A DNA stretch of 64,000 nucleotides. Origin: Gammaproteobacteria bacterium. GTDB lineage: Bacteria; Pseudomonadota; Gammaproteobacteria; UBA4575. Location of the stretch: positions 758,885 to 822,884 of the forward strand of contig CBDCUI010000007.1 in assembly GCA_965222615.1 (NCBI GenBank), read 5' to 3'. The notes beneath the pieces are model-generated. The model saw nothing but the letters and a program-made list of their open reading frames with translations, did not search any database and was not told the DNA's origin. Numbering within the stretch: position 1 is the first letter of the stretch; each line of letters starts with the position of its first letter. The position numbers and the translations under genes were made by a program. Below are positions 10,834 through 21,294 of the stretch, in pieces.

Positions 10834-11766
10834 TTATTGCATCGTTGCATCACGTACCACAAGATCTAAAAACACATTTTCTAAAGAACTGGCAATAGGC
10901 GAAATTTCATAAAGTTGCCAGTTGTTTTGCAAGGCCAATGATTGTACTTGTTGAATAAAGTCAGCATCGTTATAACGACATATGTAATTACCGTATTGTG
11001 AACAACTCACGGATTCACAACCGGCAATAGCATTCAACTCTTCTATACTGGGGTTAGCGTTAAAGCGTAATTTAATGCGTTTACCGGAGCTTTTGTTTAG
11101 CTCTTGCAAACTTTGATCGAGTAGCAATGTTCCTTGGTCAATAATCATCACACGATCGCAAGTTGACTCCGCCTCTGCCAACATATGAGTGGATAATAAA
11201 ACACTGTGATTACTGGACAGTTCACTAAGCAAAGCACGAATATCTTGCATCTGCACTGGATCAAGACCAATGGTGGGCTCATCTAAAATTACTAATGCAG
11301 GCTTATGAATGATGGCTTGTGCAATGCCGACACGTTGTTTAAAACCTTTTGATAAATCAGCAATAAGCTTATTGCGCACGGCAGTTAAACTGCAAACTGC
11401 TATGCTATGGTCAACAGTTTGCTTGACTTGGCTAGCGGTAATACCATGGATACGAGCTGCGAACTGTATATATTCTTGTACAGTTAATTCACGATACAGT
11501 GGCGGGATATCTGGTAAATAGCCTAGATTAAATTTTGCTTGTTTAGGTCGAATAGAAATATCTTGATCGCAGATTTTTACTGTGCCAGTGTCAGGTTTTA
11601 TGTTGCCGCTGATAGCGTTTAAAGTTGTTGATTTACCTGCTCCATTGGTGCCTAACAATGCGACTACTTCACCGCGGTGAATTTCAAAATTAACATCATG
11701 AATAGCCTTTTTGCCATCATAGCCATAGCTGAGATTTTGTACCGATAACAATGTTTCTTGAGTCAT
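10834..11766 (-). CDS. ABC transporter ATP-binding protein (GldA-like)
   Basis: Walker A GTNGAGKST, LSKG signature, ILDEPT. Confidence 0.92.
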   Translation of the reverse strand: MTQETLLSVQNLSYGYDGKKAIHDVNFEIHRGEVVALLGTNGAGKSTTLNAISGNIKPDTGTVKICDQDISIRPKQAKFNLGYLPDIPPLYRELTVQEYIQFAARIHGITASQVKQTVDHSIAVCSLTAVRNKLIADLSKGFKQRVGIAQAIIHKPALVILDEPTIGLDPVQMQDIRALLSELSSNHSVLLSTHMLAEAESTCDRVMIIDQGTLLLDQSLQELNKSSGKRIKLRFNANPSIEELNAIAGCESVSCSQYGNYICRYNDADFIQQVQSLALQNNWQLYEISPIASSLENVFLDLVVRDATMQ

Positions 11767-11794
11767 AAACTAAATCATTTCGCTAGTACATAGT

Positions 11795-13756
11795 ATGCAT
11801 ATTCTAGGTGTAGATACTGGAGGAACTTTTACCGATCTCGTCTATTTTGACGGACAACACTTGTTGACACATAAAGAATTATCAACGCCTGATGCACCAG
11901 AGCGTGCCATTCTTAAAGGCATTACGGCGTTGGGTGTGAATACTAAAGATTTGCATATTGTACATGGTACTACAGTAGCTACGAATGCTCTGCTTGAAGG
12001 CAAAGGGGCACGTACAGTATTTATTACCAATCATGGTTTTAAAGATCTATTGTTAATCGGTCGACAAACGCGCCGAGAATTATACAACCTTACTCCTAAA
12101 AAACAGCGCTCATTGATTGAGCCGCAGCTATGCTTGGAAACCGGAGGCAGGATCAATCCACAAGGCGATACGATTCAACCACTGTTACCCGAAGAATGTA
12201 AACAACTGATCGCAAAAATTGACCAACTACAACCTGAAGCAATTGCTATTTGCTTGTTGTTTGCCTTTGTTGATGCCAGTTATGAACAAGCAATTAGAAA
12301 ATTATTTTCCGAGCAATACTTTGTATCTATTTCATCAGAAGTATTGGCTGAACATCGTGAATATGAACGCGGTTTGGCTACTTGGTTAAACAGTTATCTT
12401 GGTCCGGTAATGCACAACTATCTTTCTAGCTTAGGTAAACAACTACCAAATTCAAGTATTTCAGTGATGCAGAGTCATGGCCTAACACTGAATGCGGCTG
12501 CGGCGCAACGCAATGCGGTGCGTCTGTTGTTATCGGGTCCCGCAGGAGGGTTGTGGGCGAGTCTACATGCAGGTGAGGCGATCGATCACACACAATTGCT
12601 TACTTTTGATATGGGCGGGACTTCTACAGATGTATCTATTATTAATCATGGCTTTAATTTAACCAATCAAGGCGAAGTGGCAGCCTTACCGATTGCCGTA
12701 CCGATGTTAGATATTCATACCATCGGTGCGGGTGGTGGTTCAATTGCCTGGATAGATGAAGGTGGCTTACTGCAAGTTGGGCCTGATTCTGCGGGCGCAG
12801 CACCTGGTCCTGCATGTTATGGACAAGGTGGTGAACAAGCCACGGTAACCGATGCGCATGTGGTGTTAGGGCGATTGCCTGCAACTAGCAAATTGGCAGG
12901 GAATTTGTCACTCGATCGCGATGCGGCCTATGCGGCGATCGCTAAACTTGCCAAACGTCTGCAACTAGATGTACATGCTTGTGTACAGGGTATTGTGCGC
13001 GTAGCCAATGAACAAATGGCACAAGCATTGCGCGTAATGTCGGTACATCGTGGTTACGACCCAAACCAGTTCACCTTGGTGAGTTTCGGTGGTGCAGGTG
13101 GATTACATGTATGTGATTTAGCCGATGCACTTAATATTAAATACGCGTTAGTTCCAGCCTATGCAGGCGTATTATCTGCTTTTGGCTTGTTGATCGCACC
13201 GCCAGGAAAAGAAATATCACAAAGCCACATCAAATTAGTTAGTGAATGTAGTGATGCAGAAATAAATAAATTATTTTTGCAACTTGAAGAAAAAATTTCT
13301 CGCGATTTACATTCAGAAAAAAATGTAAGTTTCTCCATCAAACGAGAAATTGAATTGCGTTATCAAGGTCAAGCCGCAACATTAAAATTATTATGGCAGG
13401 ATCTGCATCAAGCCACCCAAAAATTTCATACTAAACATGAAAGCCGTTTTGGTCATCATTTACGTATACCAGTCGAAGTCGTAAATTTACGTCTGACCGC
13501 TAGTGGCGAAAGCCATAAAATTTCACTTAGTCAAGAATCATCGACGGCACCTTCGTTACCACATGAACACACTTGGTTAGCCGAATTAAATACCGAAGTG
13601 CCGGTGTATGAACGTGAAAATATTGAACAAAAACAAGAACTTTTAGGGCCATCAATCATTATTGAGCGGCAGGCTACAGTTTATGTAAGTCCTCATTGGC
13701 GAGTAACCGCCCAGGCTTCAGGAGGCCTATTATTGGAGCGAATGGATAAAAAGTGA
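11795..13756 (+). CDS. Hydantoinase/oxoprolinase family protein (HyuA-like)
   Basis: GVDTGGTFTD, HGTTVATNA, SGPAGG, DMGGTSTD, GAGGGS, FGGAGGLH. Confidence 0.92.
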   Translation: MHILGVDTGGTFTDLVYFDGQHLLTHKELSTPDAPERAILKGITALGVNTKDLHIVHGTTVATNALLEGKGARTVFITNHGFKDLLLIGRQTRRELYNLTPKKQRSLIEPQLCLETGGRINPQGDTIQPLLPEECKQLIAKIDQLQPEAIAICLLFAFVDASYEQAIRKLFSEQYFVSISSEVLAEHREYERGLATWLNSYLGPVMHNYLSSLGKQLPNSSISVMQSHGLTLNAAAAQRNAVRLLLSGPAGGLWASLHAGEAIDHTQLLTFDMGGTSTDVSIINHGFNLTNQGEVAALPIAVPMLDIHTIGAGGGSIAWIDEGGLLQVGPDSAGAAPGPACYGQGGEQATVTDAHVVLGRLPATSKLAGNLSLDRDAAYAAIAKLAKRLQLDVHACVQGIVRVANEQMAQALRVMSVHRGYDPNQFTLVSFGGAGGLHVCDLADALNIKYALVPAYAGVLSAFGLLIAPPGKEISQSHIKLVSECSDAEINKLFLQLEEKISRDLHSEKNVSFSIKREIELRYQGQAATLKLLWQDLHQATQKFHTKHESRFGHHLRIPVEVVNLRLTASGESHKISLSQESSTAPSLPHEHTWLAELNTEVPVYERENIEQKQELLGPSIIIERQATVYVSPHWRVTAQASGGLLLERMDKK

Positions 13757-13890
13757 GCAGGTGTCTATAAGAGCACGCCGGTTATCATTACTAGCTTGCT
13801 TACACCCACTAGCAACACGTATGATTTACCTGCTTATGGATTAAGCAGTTTTTCATAAAAAAATAATAATAATTAACTAGGATCAACTAT

Positions 13891-15075
13891 ATGCTTAATG
13901 GATTAATTACTCTTCCTTGGTGGGGCTACCTTGTAATCACATTAATTCTCACCCACATAACGATCATATCCGTAACCCTATATTTACACCGCTGTCAGGC
14001 ACACTGTGCCTTAGACCTGCATCCAATCGTGGCACATTTTTTTCGTTTTTGGTTATGGTTAACTACGGGCATGGTGACCAAAGAGTGGGTTGCTATTCAT
14101 CGTAAACATCATGCAAAAACTGAAACTGCAGATGATCCACATAGTCCATATACCAAAGGAATTAGCAAGGTATTTTGGCAGGGTGCTGAACTATATCGCG
14201 AGGAAGCCAAAAATCAACAAACTCTAGATAACTATGGTCACGGTACACCGAATGATTGGATTGAGCGTAACTTTTACTCACGTTTTAGTAATAACGGTAT
14301 CGCATTAATTTTTGTTATCAATTTAATTGTATTCGGACCACTTGGCTTAACTATTTGGGCGGTGCAAATGATGTGGATTCCATTATTTGCAGCGGGGGTG
14401 GTTAATGGCATCGGTCATTACTGGGGTTACCGTAATTTTGAAAGTGAAGATGGTTCAACCAATATTGTAAATCTTGGCATAATTATTGGCGGTGAAGAAT
14501 TACATAATAATCATCATGCCTATCCAAGCTCGGCCAAGTTTTCCAGCAAATGGTGGGAGTTTGATTTAGGTTGGTTGTATATCCAATTACTTGCTTATTT
14601 GCATTTGGCAAAAGTACGCCGACGTGCACCTCAGCCAACTCGGCTACTTAATAAAGATATGGTAGATCTTGAAACCGCTAAGGCAATTATCTCAAGTAAA
14701 TTGCACGTAATGGCAGATTACGCACAGCGAGTCACGCTACCGACATTTAAAACTGAATTTCCTACTATCAATGATGGCCGCTATCAAAAAATTATGCACC
14801 AAATGCGCAAAGCATTGGTGTGTGAAGATAGCCGTCTTAAACCTTTACATCGAGAGTATTTGCAAGAACTTTTGCAAAATAATGAAACGATGCACACGGT
14901 CTATGAGTTTCGCCGTAAATTGCAAGAACTATGGAGTGAGACTTATGCTAGTCACGAACGCTTAATTCAAGCGATTATTCAATGGTGTAAAGAAGCAGAA
15001 GAAACTGGTATTAAAGTGTTGCAAGATTTTGCGCAGAGTTTACGTGGTTACGCATTACAACCTGCCACGGTCTAA
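13891..15075 (+). CDS. Membrane fatty acid (delta-9-type) desaturase, DesA-like
   Basis: His boxes HR..AH, HRKHH, HNNHH; C-terminal helical extension. Confidence 0.88.
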   Translation: MLNGLITLPWWGYLVITLILTHITIISVTLYLHRCQAHCALDLHPIVAHFFRFWLWLTTGMVTKEWVAIHRKHHAKTETADDPHSPYTKGISKVFWQGAELYREEAKNQQTLDNYGHGTPNDWIERNFYSRFSNNGIALIFVINLIVFGPLGLTIWAVQMMWIPLFAAGVVNGIGHYWGYRNFESEDGSTNIVNLGIIIGGEELHNNHHAYPSSAKFSSKWWEFDLGWLYIQLLAYLHLAKVRRRAPQPTRLLNKDMVDLETAKAIISSKLHVMADYAQRVTLPTFKTEFPTINDGRYQKIMHQMRKALVCEDSRLKPLHREYLQELLQNNETMHTVYEFRRKLQELWSETYASHERLIQAIIQWCKEAEETGIKVLQDFAQSLRGYALQPATV

Positions 15076-15140
15076 ATAATTTTTTTAACTAAGGCAAGAA
15101 ATGAACGTTCAGTTCGTTCATTAATTTTCATCAGATTTAC

Positions 15141-15343
15141 TTGTTCATTTTCTTTGCTTGTCCAAAGAAAACGAACCAAAAGAAAAGACACCCTACCAAC
15201 TTGTCCTGCGGATTCGTTCACGACATCGAGTAACGTTGGCCGGCATGATGACGCCATCCAGGCGCAACATGCCTAAAGCAGCCATCCTTGGCTGTTTTAC
15301 CTTCCGTTTCTTTCGATGTCGCTCACCAAGTTGGATGGGAATT
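15141..15343 (+). repeat. Dispersed ~200-250 bp structured repeat, copy 1
   Basis: Begins TTCATTTTCTTTGCTTGTCCAAAG...AACCAAAAGAAAAG, ends ATGGGAATT; related copies at 29714 and 31757. Confidence 0.75.
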
Positions 15344-15468
15344 ATCCGAAAGGCATTATTAATAAACCCTCTGTAAAAACTTAGTGATCAAAAACCTGCT
15401 TAAACTTGATGACCTTCGAGAAGATAAAGTGTAAATAGAAAAACTATTTAAAGAAGTTAAACCCTACA

Positions 15469-15532
15469 AACTAACGCTATAATTAACAAAGCACGTTACT
15501 TTTGCGCGTCTGGATTTAGCGTCGTGTTAGGT
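15469..15532 (-). other. Degenerate attC-like integron cassette site
   Basis: Minus strand ACCTAAC...GCGTTAG, 64 bp, directly after the stop of 15537..15974, partial internal symmetry. Confidence 0.5.
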
Positions 15533-15536
15533 GCTG

Positions 15537-15974
15537 TTATTTCCATCCTAGTTTTGTTTTTAGTCTATTAAGTAAATTTACTGGTGTATTACTGAGAATA
15601 TAGAAAATATCTTCCATATCGTATTTTAAAAGTTGGATCTCGTTTGTTATATTCACAAAACCCAAAAAATTATACGAGTATATTTCGTTATTATAAAGAT
15701 AGAAACGTTCCCGTTCTTTGTTAAATTTCAAGTAGTATTTGTTTATCAATCTTACATTATGATTCCATCTTCTTACACTTTCAGCACTCTCATAGCCTTT
15801 TGTCTCAAGTACTTTTCCAGGAGCTATTTTTTCAATGAATTTTAGAATTTCATTTATAAATACTTCATCACGAAAGTAACAATATGTTTCCTGATCTACT
15901 ATGAAATCAGTTCCCTCAAGCTCATCTAAAATAAGTTCTACCTTTTCTGGTTCTACCTGTACTACAATTTTCAT
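15537..15974 (-). CDS. Hypothetical protein (cassette-like, AT-rich)
   Basis: 145-aa ORF followed by an attC-like site. Confidence 0.6.
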   Translation of the reverse strand: MKIVVQVEPEKVELILDELEGTDFIVDQETYCYFRDEVFINEILKFIEKIAPGKVLETKGYESAESVRRWNHNVRLINKYYLKFNKERERFYLYNNEIYSYNFLGFVNITNEIQLLKYDMEDIFYILSNTPVNLLNRLKTKLGWK

Positions 15975-16001
15975 ATACTAAAAACGTTCATCCATAGTCT
16001 G

Positions 16002-16286
16002 TTAACAAACTCCTGACCGAAATACGATGGCATACCATGCCGCAAAAGCAGAAATTACCGAGGCCAATCCAGAGAGTAAGGCGATCCACCACAGACGGAA
16101 TTCTCGAATGCTTCGTGCCGCCTCCTGAATTCTTCGGATGAGTTCATCTTCTAAGTGTTTGTTTCCATCACCACTATAGGTCGAGAATAAACTACATCCC
16201 AATTCTTGCGCGAGCTTGCGTAATGCAACTTCACGTTCACTTTTATCTTTGGACATTATTCGCTTAATTTTTCGTTGCACGTTCAT
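16002..16286 (-). CDS. Hypothetical protein with C-terminal TM helix (cassette-like)
   Basis: 94-aa ORF with hydrophobic C-terminus; stop lies within a TAAC motif. Confidence 0.6.
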   Translation of the reverse strand: MNVQRKIKRIMSKDKSEREVALRKLAQELGCSLFSTYSGDGNKHLEDELIRRIQEAARSIREFRLWWIALLSGLASVISAFAAWYAIVFRSGVC

Positions 16287-16307
16287 TTCTCATATCTCAC
16301 TGATAAC

Positions 16308-16379
16308 GTTTAATGCCTAAATTCACTGGCGGAGTTGAAGCGCAGCATAATTTGCGTTCAATGTAGCACCTTGTCAACT
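16308..16379 (-). other. Degenerate attC-like site
   Basis: Minus strand AGTTGAC-AAGGTGCTACATTGAACGC...CGCCAGTGAATTTAGGC-ATTAAAC; both core motifs deviate from consensus. Confidence 0.4.
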
Positions 16380-16889
16380 TACATCCCGTTCCCTAATCCT
16401 GGCTTGCGTCTTTTCCCACTCGTCCCGCATAAATGCTTCATCCACACCATGATTTTCCCAGAGTGGTAAATAGATTTCTTCCAGCTTCGGATCGACTGTT
16501 CTGAACAGATCGATCAACTCAGCAAGCTCGTCGACCATGCTCCGCCGGCCAGACTGCGATATTGCATCCTCAGAGTGGTAATGAAAAAAGCTGTGGACCA
16601 GATAATTCCGCTTATCAAGAACTTTTTGCAACAATTCATCTAGGTTTTCAGGGATAATTGTAGTTTTTCGTGCTGCCTCAAGAAGTTGACCAAGCGTTTT
16701 TTTGTCGAACTCGTAGAAAATCTTCTCAAATGTGTCTCTAGTGAGAACGTTAACCGAAGGTAGCTGAAGCACTACGCCGAGATTAATCAAGCTTTGCTCA
16801 ATCAAATTAGCCGAGTAGGCGGCAAGCCCGTAAAAAGCCCATACCTCTTTAGGGTCGTCATAGTTCGGTGTCGGTACTTCTATTGCCAT
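16374..16889 (-). CDS. Hypothetical protein (cassette-like)
   Basis: 171-aa ORF; stop overlaps the attC-like site. Confidence 0.65.
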   Translation of the reverse strand: MAIEVPTPNYDDPKEVWAFYGLAAYSANLIEQSLINLGVVLQLPSVNVLTRDTFEKIFYEFDKKTLGQLLEAARKTTIIPENLDELLQKVLDKRNYLVHSFFHYHSEDAISQSGRRSMVDELAELIDLFRTVDPKLEEIYLPLWENHGVDEAFMRDEWEKTQARIRERDVS

Positions 16890-17235
16890 TGTCTAAGTTC
16901 CAAAACAGAAACCAGCTCGACAGCAAGCTAACATCTTAGTACATAGTAATTTTGCATTGTTATCACAACTTATGAGATAAAATTGCCATGATCGTCTAAA
17001 TTTCGCTTCATAGTGTGATATTCGCGCATTAGTACACTTTTATCACAACATCGAACTTTTAGGTAAAAAAACCCCTCTTAGGAATCACTCATCTGCCTTA
17101 CTGAGAGGAAGACTTGGTTTACAAGCAAGGGTGTTTGCAGAGCTTCGATAAACGGGATGTAGATTTAGCATCCCATAACCTGATGAAAATTAATAAATGA
17201 ACTGAACGTTTACTTCTTGTGGTAATTGGGAAGAG

Positions 17236-17403
17236 CTACTTGATTTTGGCTTCTTTGTAGATCACGTGTTTACGCACAACCGGATCGTATTTTTTCATCT
17301 CTAATTTTTCGGTCATGGTGCGTTTATTTTTACTGGTGGTGTAATAATGTCCAGTACCGGCACTGGAAACTAATTTGATTTTTTCGCGAACTGACTTTGC
17401 CAT
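17236..17403 (-). CDS. rpmG: 50S ribosomal protein L33 (absent from ORF track)
   Basis: Manual translation [55 protein letters not shown]. Confidence 0.96.
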   Translation of the reverse strand: MAKSVREKIKLVSSAGTGHYYTTSKNKRTMTEKLEMKKYDPVVRKHVIYKEAKIK

Positions 17404-17406
17404 TTG

Positions 17407-17652
17407 TTATGTTCTCTTAGATTTTGATTCGCGTTTGCGGATATCAGCCAAAACCTCGTCAATGCCTTTTTTGTCGATGATGCGCATGCCTTTGCTAGAA
17501 ACCCGTAATTTTACCCATCTGTTCTCACTTTCCACCCAAAAACGGTGAGTGTGGAGATTAGGCATAAAACGACGCCGTGTTTTATTATGGGCATGTGATA
17601 CGTTATTGCCAGAAGCAGGGCGTTTTCCGGTAACTTGGCAGACGCGAGACAT
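17407..17652 (-). CDS. rpmB: 50S ribosomal protein L28
   Basis: [29 protein letters not shown]; real start 17652, not 17922. Confidence 0.97.
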   Translation of the reverse strand: MSRVCQVTGKRPASGNNVSHAHNKTRRRFMPNLHTHRFWVESENRWVKLRVSSKGMRIIDKKGIDEVLADIRKRESKSKRT

Positions 17653-17782
17653 GGTTATTACCTCATAATCCGTTGAAACAGGGCGCGTGAAGATAGCAGA
17701 ATCGCAAAATTGGCACAAGCGTAGGCTAAGATAAGCGGCTAAATGGTCGGCAGTTTTCAAAATAACAGTAGAAATCACAAAA

Positions 17783-18139
17783 ATGGACACAATTTTTCTG
17801 CGTGATCTAGAGGTTGATGCCACGATTGGTATCTTTGAGTGGGAAAAGCGTATTAAGCAAAAAGTGCGCATCGACCTGGAAATGGGGGCGGATATTGCTA
17901 AGGCCGCTGCCACAGACGCCATTGAGGATACGCTGGATTACAAGGCTATTGCTAAGCGCGTGGTGCAATTTGTCGAAGACAGCCGTTATGAGCTAATCGA
18001 AACCCTGATCGAAAAAATAGCCGAGATTTTGTTGCAAGAATTCGATATCCCCTGGGTACGCGTCACAGTAAGTAAGCCTGGTGCAGTACGTGGTTCTCGA
18101 GATGTCGGCATTACTATCGAACGAGGGGTTCGCACATAG
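17783..18139 (+). CDS. folB: Dihydroneopterin aldolase
   Basis: IG...WE, LDYK, LIE, KPGA motifs. Confidence 0.95.
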   Translation: MDTIFLRDLEVDATIGIFEWEKRIKQKVRIDLEMGADIAKAAATDAIEDTLDYKAIAKRVVQFVEDSRYELIETLIEKIAEILLQEFDIPWVRVTVSKPGAVRGSRDVGITIERGVRT

Positions 18140-18141
18140 TC

Positions 18142-18627
18142 ATGGCAAGGGTTTACATTAGTATTGGGAGCAACATCGATAAAGAGAAAAATATCCCTTC
18201 TTCAATCAGGGCTCTGCAAGAGCATTTTGGTGAAATGGAAATTTCTAACGTGTACGAAACTAAAGCGGTTGGCTTCGAAGGTGAAGATTTTCACAACTTA
18301 GTTGTTGGGTTCGATACTATTCAATCTCCCTTAGAAATTGCCCAAATATTAAAGCAGATCGAAGCCGATCATAATCGTATACGCGGCAAGGAACAGTTTG
18401 AATCGCGCACCCTCGATCTAGATCAGTTGTTATATGGTGATCTCGTAATGCAAATGGAGGGGGTTAATGTGCCACATCCTGATATTTTGCGTTACAACTT
18501 TGTTTTAAAGCCACTTGCAGAACTTGCGGGTGAAACTATGCATCCTGAGGAAGAAAAAAGCATAGAAGAACTTTGGAAATCACATCTAGAAAATGGGGAA
18601 TTAACATTGGTACGTTATGAATTTTGA
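18142..18627 (+). CDS. folK: HPPK (dihydropteridine pyrophosphokinase)
   Basis: IGSN, RTLDLD, PHP, FVLKPL; follows folB. Confidence 0.93.
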   Translation: MARVYISIGSNIDKEKNIPSSIRALQEHFGEMEISNVYETKAVGFEGEDFHNLVVGFDTIQSPLEIAQILKQIEADHNRIRGKEQFESRTLDLDQLLYGDLVMQMEGVNVPHPDILRYNFVLKPLAELAGETMHPEEEKSIEELWKSHLENGELTLVRYEF

Positions 18628-19013
18628 TGTACTGTTTTAGTGATAAGTAGATTAGCCTGATCACTTGCCCCTAAAAGTAGATGTTCAGTAACTACATTTA
18701 CTGAGATAAATTTTTGAGTACCACATCAAAATAGATAGAAAAGCTTTGAACAATTCATCCATGAATTTTCAGCACACGTAAAGTAAAAGATGTGATTTTT
18801 ACTTTGCATACAAAATCAATGACTACAAGTCATTGATTTTGTTGGTATATTCTTGTGCCACAGGAATCTCTGAATGAGTCAGAGGTTCCACAGGCTTGTT
18901 TAGCAGAATTATAAGGCTCTTCATCGTTCTTTGATGTCAGCGCTTATATTTACAAGTAAAATTTCAAGCATTTCCAGTAACAAATTCCAAATTATATTTA
19001 TAATCGTCCTTGC

Positions 19014-19292
19014 ATGTATAAATATGTGCTAGAAAAAAATGTGAAAGCAGACCTTAAAAAATATAAAAACTATACGATCCTGTTTAATGCACGCGAAACA
19101 AAAGATGGATTGTACAATCCTGTTGCTACGCTTTTTAAATCCGGTGAAACCTCCATTACATTAGATATTAACCGATCGTTTAAGGTAAGGGATGAGGCAC
19201 TTTCTTTCGCGCTAGGTGCTGCAGAAGCTGCAGTAGATGCAAAAATTAAAGGCAATAAACCAGACTTTGGGTTATTAGTGAGCGACTTATAA
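19014..19292 (+). CDS. Hypothetical protein
   Basis: 92-aa ORF, no motif recognised. Confidence 0.55.
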   Translation: MYKYVLEKNVKADLKKYKNYTILFNARETKDGLYNPVATLFKSGETSITLDINRSFKVRDEALSFALGAAEAAVDAKIKGNKPDFGLLVSDL

Positions 19293-19306
19293 TAAATAAT
19301 TACTAA

Positions 19307-20044
19307 TTAATTACTAAGAGTGCGTCCGCCATCAACTGCAATAATTTGCCCAGTTATGTAATTTGCATGATCGATTAAAAATAAGGCGGTATCAGCAATA
19401 TCGGAAGGAGCCCCTTTACGTTTTAATGCAGTCCGAGAAATGATTTTTTCGTGCATGCTTTCATAGTGTTCTATTTCTGGCCACATGATGGCCCCGGGCG
19501 CAATACCATTTACACGTACGTTTGGCGCAAGTTCCCGGGCCATGGATTTAGTCAGCATGACTAAACCGGCTTTGGCAATACAATACACCGGATAATCCTT
19601 TAAAGGTCGATCTGCGTGGATATCGACAATATTGATAATGCAACCTTTTGTTTTGTTTAAATGAGGCGCGATGGATTGAGTCAAAAACAATGGGGCCTTC
19701 AGATTGACCCCAATTAAATCTTCCCATAGGCCTTCATCAATTTCATCCAGACTAGTGGGATAAAATGAAGAGGCATTATTGATCAATACATCGATGTGCC
19801 CATACAGCGACATTGCTTGTTCGATTAGGTTTGGAATTTTTTTGTATTCTTTCAAATCACCTTGTAGTAATTTTACAGATTCAGCGCGTTGTGCATTAAG
19901 ATTTTTGGCCAGATCAGTAGCATCTTTTTCTGAGCTACGATAATGTAGAATAATATTCATGTCGGCTTGGTGTAAATGTTGCACAAGTGCAGCACCTACC
20001 CGACGTGCCGCCCCCGTAATCATGACTACTTTTTTGTTACTCAT
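19307..20044 (-). CDS. Pteridine reductase (FolM/PTR1-like SDR)
   Basis: TGAARRVG, NNAS, YxxxK; beside folBK. Confidence 0.9.
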   Translation of the reverse strand: MSNKKVVMITGAARRVGAALVQHLHQADMNIILHYRSSEKDATDLAKNLNAQRAESVKLLQGDLKEYKKIPNLIEQAMSLYGHIDVLINNASSFYPTSLDEIDEGLWEDLIGVNLKAPLFLTQSIAPHLNKTKGCIINIVDIHADRPLKDYPVYCIAKAGLVMLTKSMARELAPNVRVNGIAPGAIMWPEIEHYESMHEKIISRTALKRKGAPSDIADTALFLIDHANYITGQIIAVDGGRTLSN

Positions 20045-20105
20045 ACTTATTTCTTAACAGATATTTACTGCATAAACTCTAACATACCTTGCCTGGATAG
20101 ACGGC

Positions 20106-21278
20106 ATGTCTAATATAACTTCTATTATGCTTACCGATGTACAATCGGCTGCAACAGAACGATGTGCACAATGCATTAAAGATATAATCATCAAACAAGG
20201 TGGGAATATTGGCTTTGATGAATATATGCAACTGGCATTGCATGATGAAACCGTAGGCTATTATCACTCCAAAGCTGAAATTTTTGCAGGGCAGGGAGAT
20301 TTTACTACGGTGCCAGAAATCTCAGTACATCTTGCCTATTGTCTAGCGCATGCTTGTGCGAAGCTAATTTACGATGATTCCAAACGTGCCATTTTAGAAA
20401 TTGGGGCAGGCAGTGGTAAAATGGCACTTGATATTATTCAGTGTTTACACACTTGGGGACAATTACCACATCGATATTACATTTATGAACCAAGTGCAGT
20501 CCTACGGGCTAAGCAAAAGGATTTGCTACAGTGCGAAATACCTGACCACTTTTCACTTATTGAATGGTTGCCAGATCTATCTTGCAAGTTAGAAACTGTC
20601 ATTATTATCGCCAATGAAGTTTTAGATGCTCTACCAGTAAAGTGTTTTGAAATTCACGAACATGAAATAAAGGAAAGATTTGTAAGCTTAAATCAGCACG
20701 AAGAATTTTGTTGGCAGTTGCAAAAGCCTTCCGAGGCGTTAAATTCGGTATTGGACTACTTAACTGTTATGTTAGAACAACCTCTTGCACGAAACTATCA
20801 GAGTGAAATTAATGTTGATTTAGAATCAGCTTTATCAGTTTGGGCGCAAAGTTGTGAACAGTGCATCATGTTTCTTATCGACTACGGTTATCCACGTAGT
20901 GAGTACTACCATCCGCAACGTAATATGGGAACGTTACGTTGTTATTTTAAGCACCAGTTATCGGAAAATCCATTTAGTTATCCTGGCTTACAGGATATTA
21001 CAGCGGATGTGGATTTTTCTGCAGTGGCAAAAATTGCCAGTTATTTACAACTTGGTGTACTTGCATTTAGCTCACAACGAAATTTTATGTTAGCGAATCA
21101 TTTACTTGAATGGCGACCATCGGGAGATGATATGGAACATATTGCTCAGATTGCGCAGCTAAAACAGCTTACACTGGGTTCAGCAATGAGCGAGCGGTTT
21201 CAAGTTATGGTATTGGGTAAAGGCATCGACTATGGAGCAGATCGATTTACATTGCGTGATATGCGTGCACGACTATAA
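20106..21278 (+). CDS. SAM-dependent methyltransferase, MidA/NDUFAF7 family
   Basis: GDF.T.PEIS, EIGAGSG, ANEVLDALP, IDYG, QDITA.VDF. Confidence 0.9.
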   Translation: MSNITSIMLTDVQSAATERCAQCIKDIIIKQGGNIGFDEYMQLALHDETVGYYHSKAEIFAGQGDFTTVPEISVHLAYCLAHACAKLIYDDSKRAILEIGAGSGKMALDIIQCLHTWGQLPHRYYIYEPSAVLRAKQKDLLQCEIPDHFSLIEWLPDLSCKLETVIIIANEVLDALPVKCFEIHEHEIKERFVSLNQHEEFCWQLQKPSEALNSVLDYLTVMLEQPLARNYQSEINVDLESALSVWAQSCEQCIMFLIDYGYPRSEYYHPQRNMGTLRCYFKHQLSENPFSYPGLQDITADVDFSAVAKIASYLQLGVLAFSSQRNFMLANHLLEWRPSGDDMEHIAQIAQLKQLTLGSAMSERFQVMVLGKGIDYGADRFTLRDMRARL

Positions 21279-21294
21279 AGGATGATGATAAAAA

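Noticed and set aside
15072-15376. ORFs 15072..15257 and 15158..15376
   Set aside because: They lie within the non-coding dispersed repeat.
17653-17922. N-terminal extension on L28 in the ORF track
   Set aside because: Artefact of an upstream start that overlaps folB on the opposite strand.
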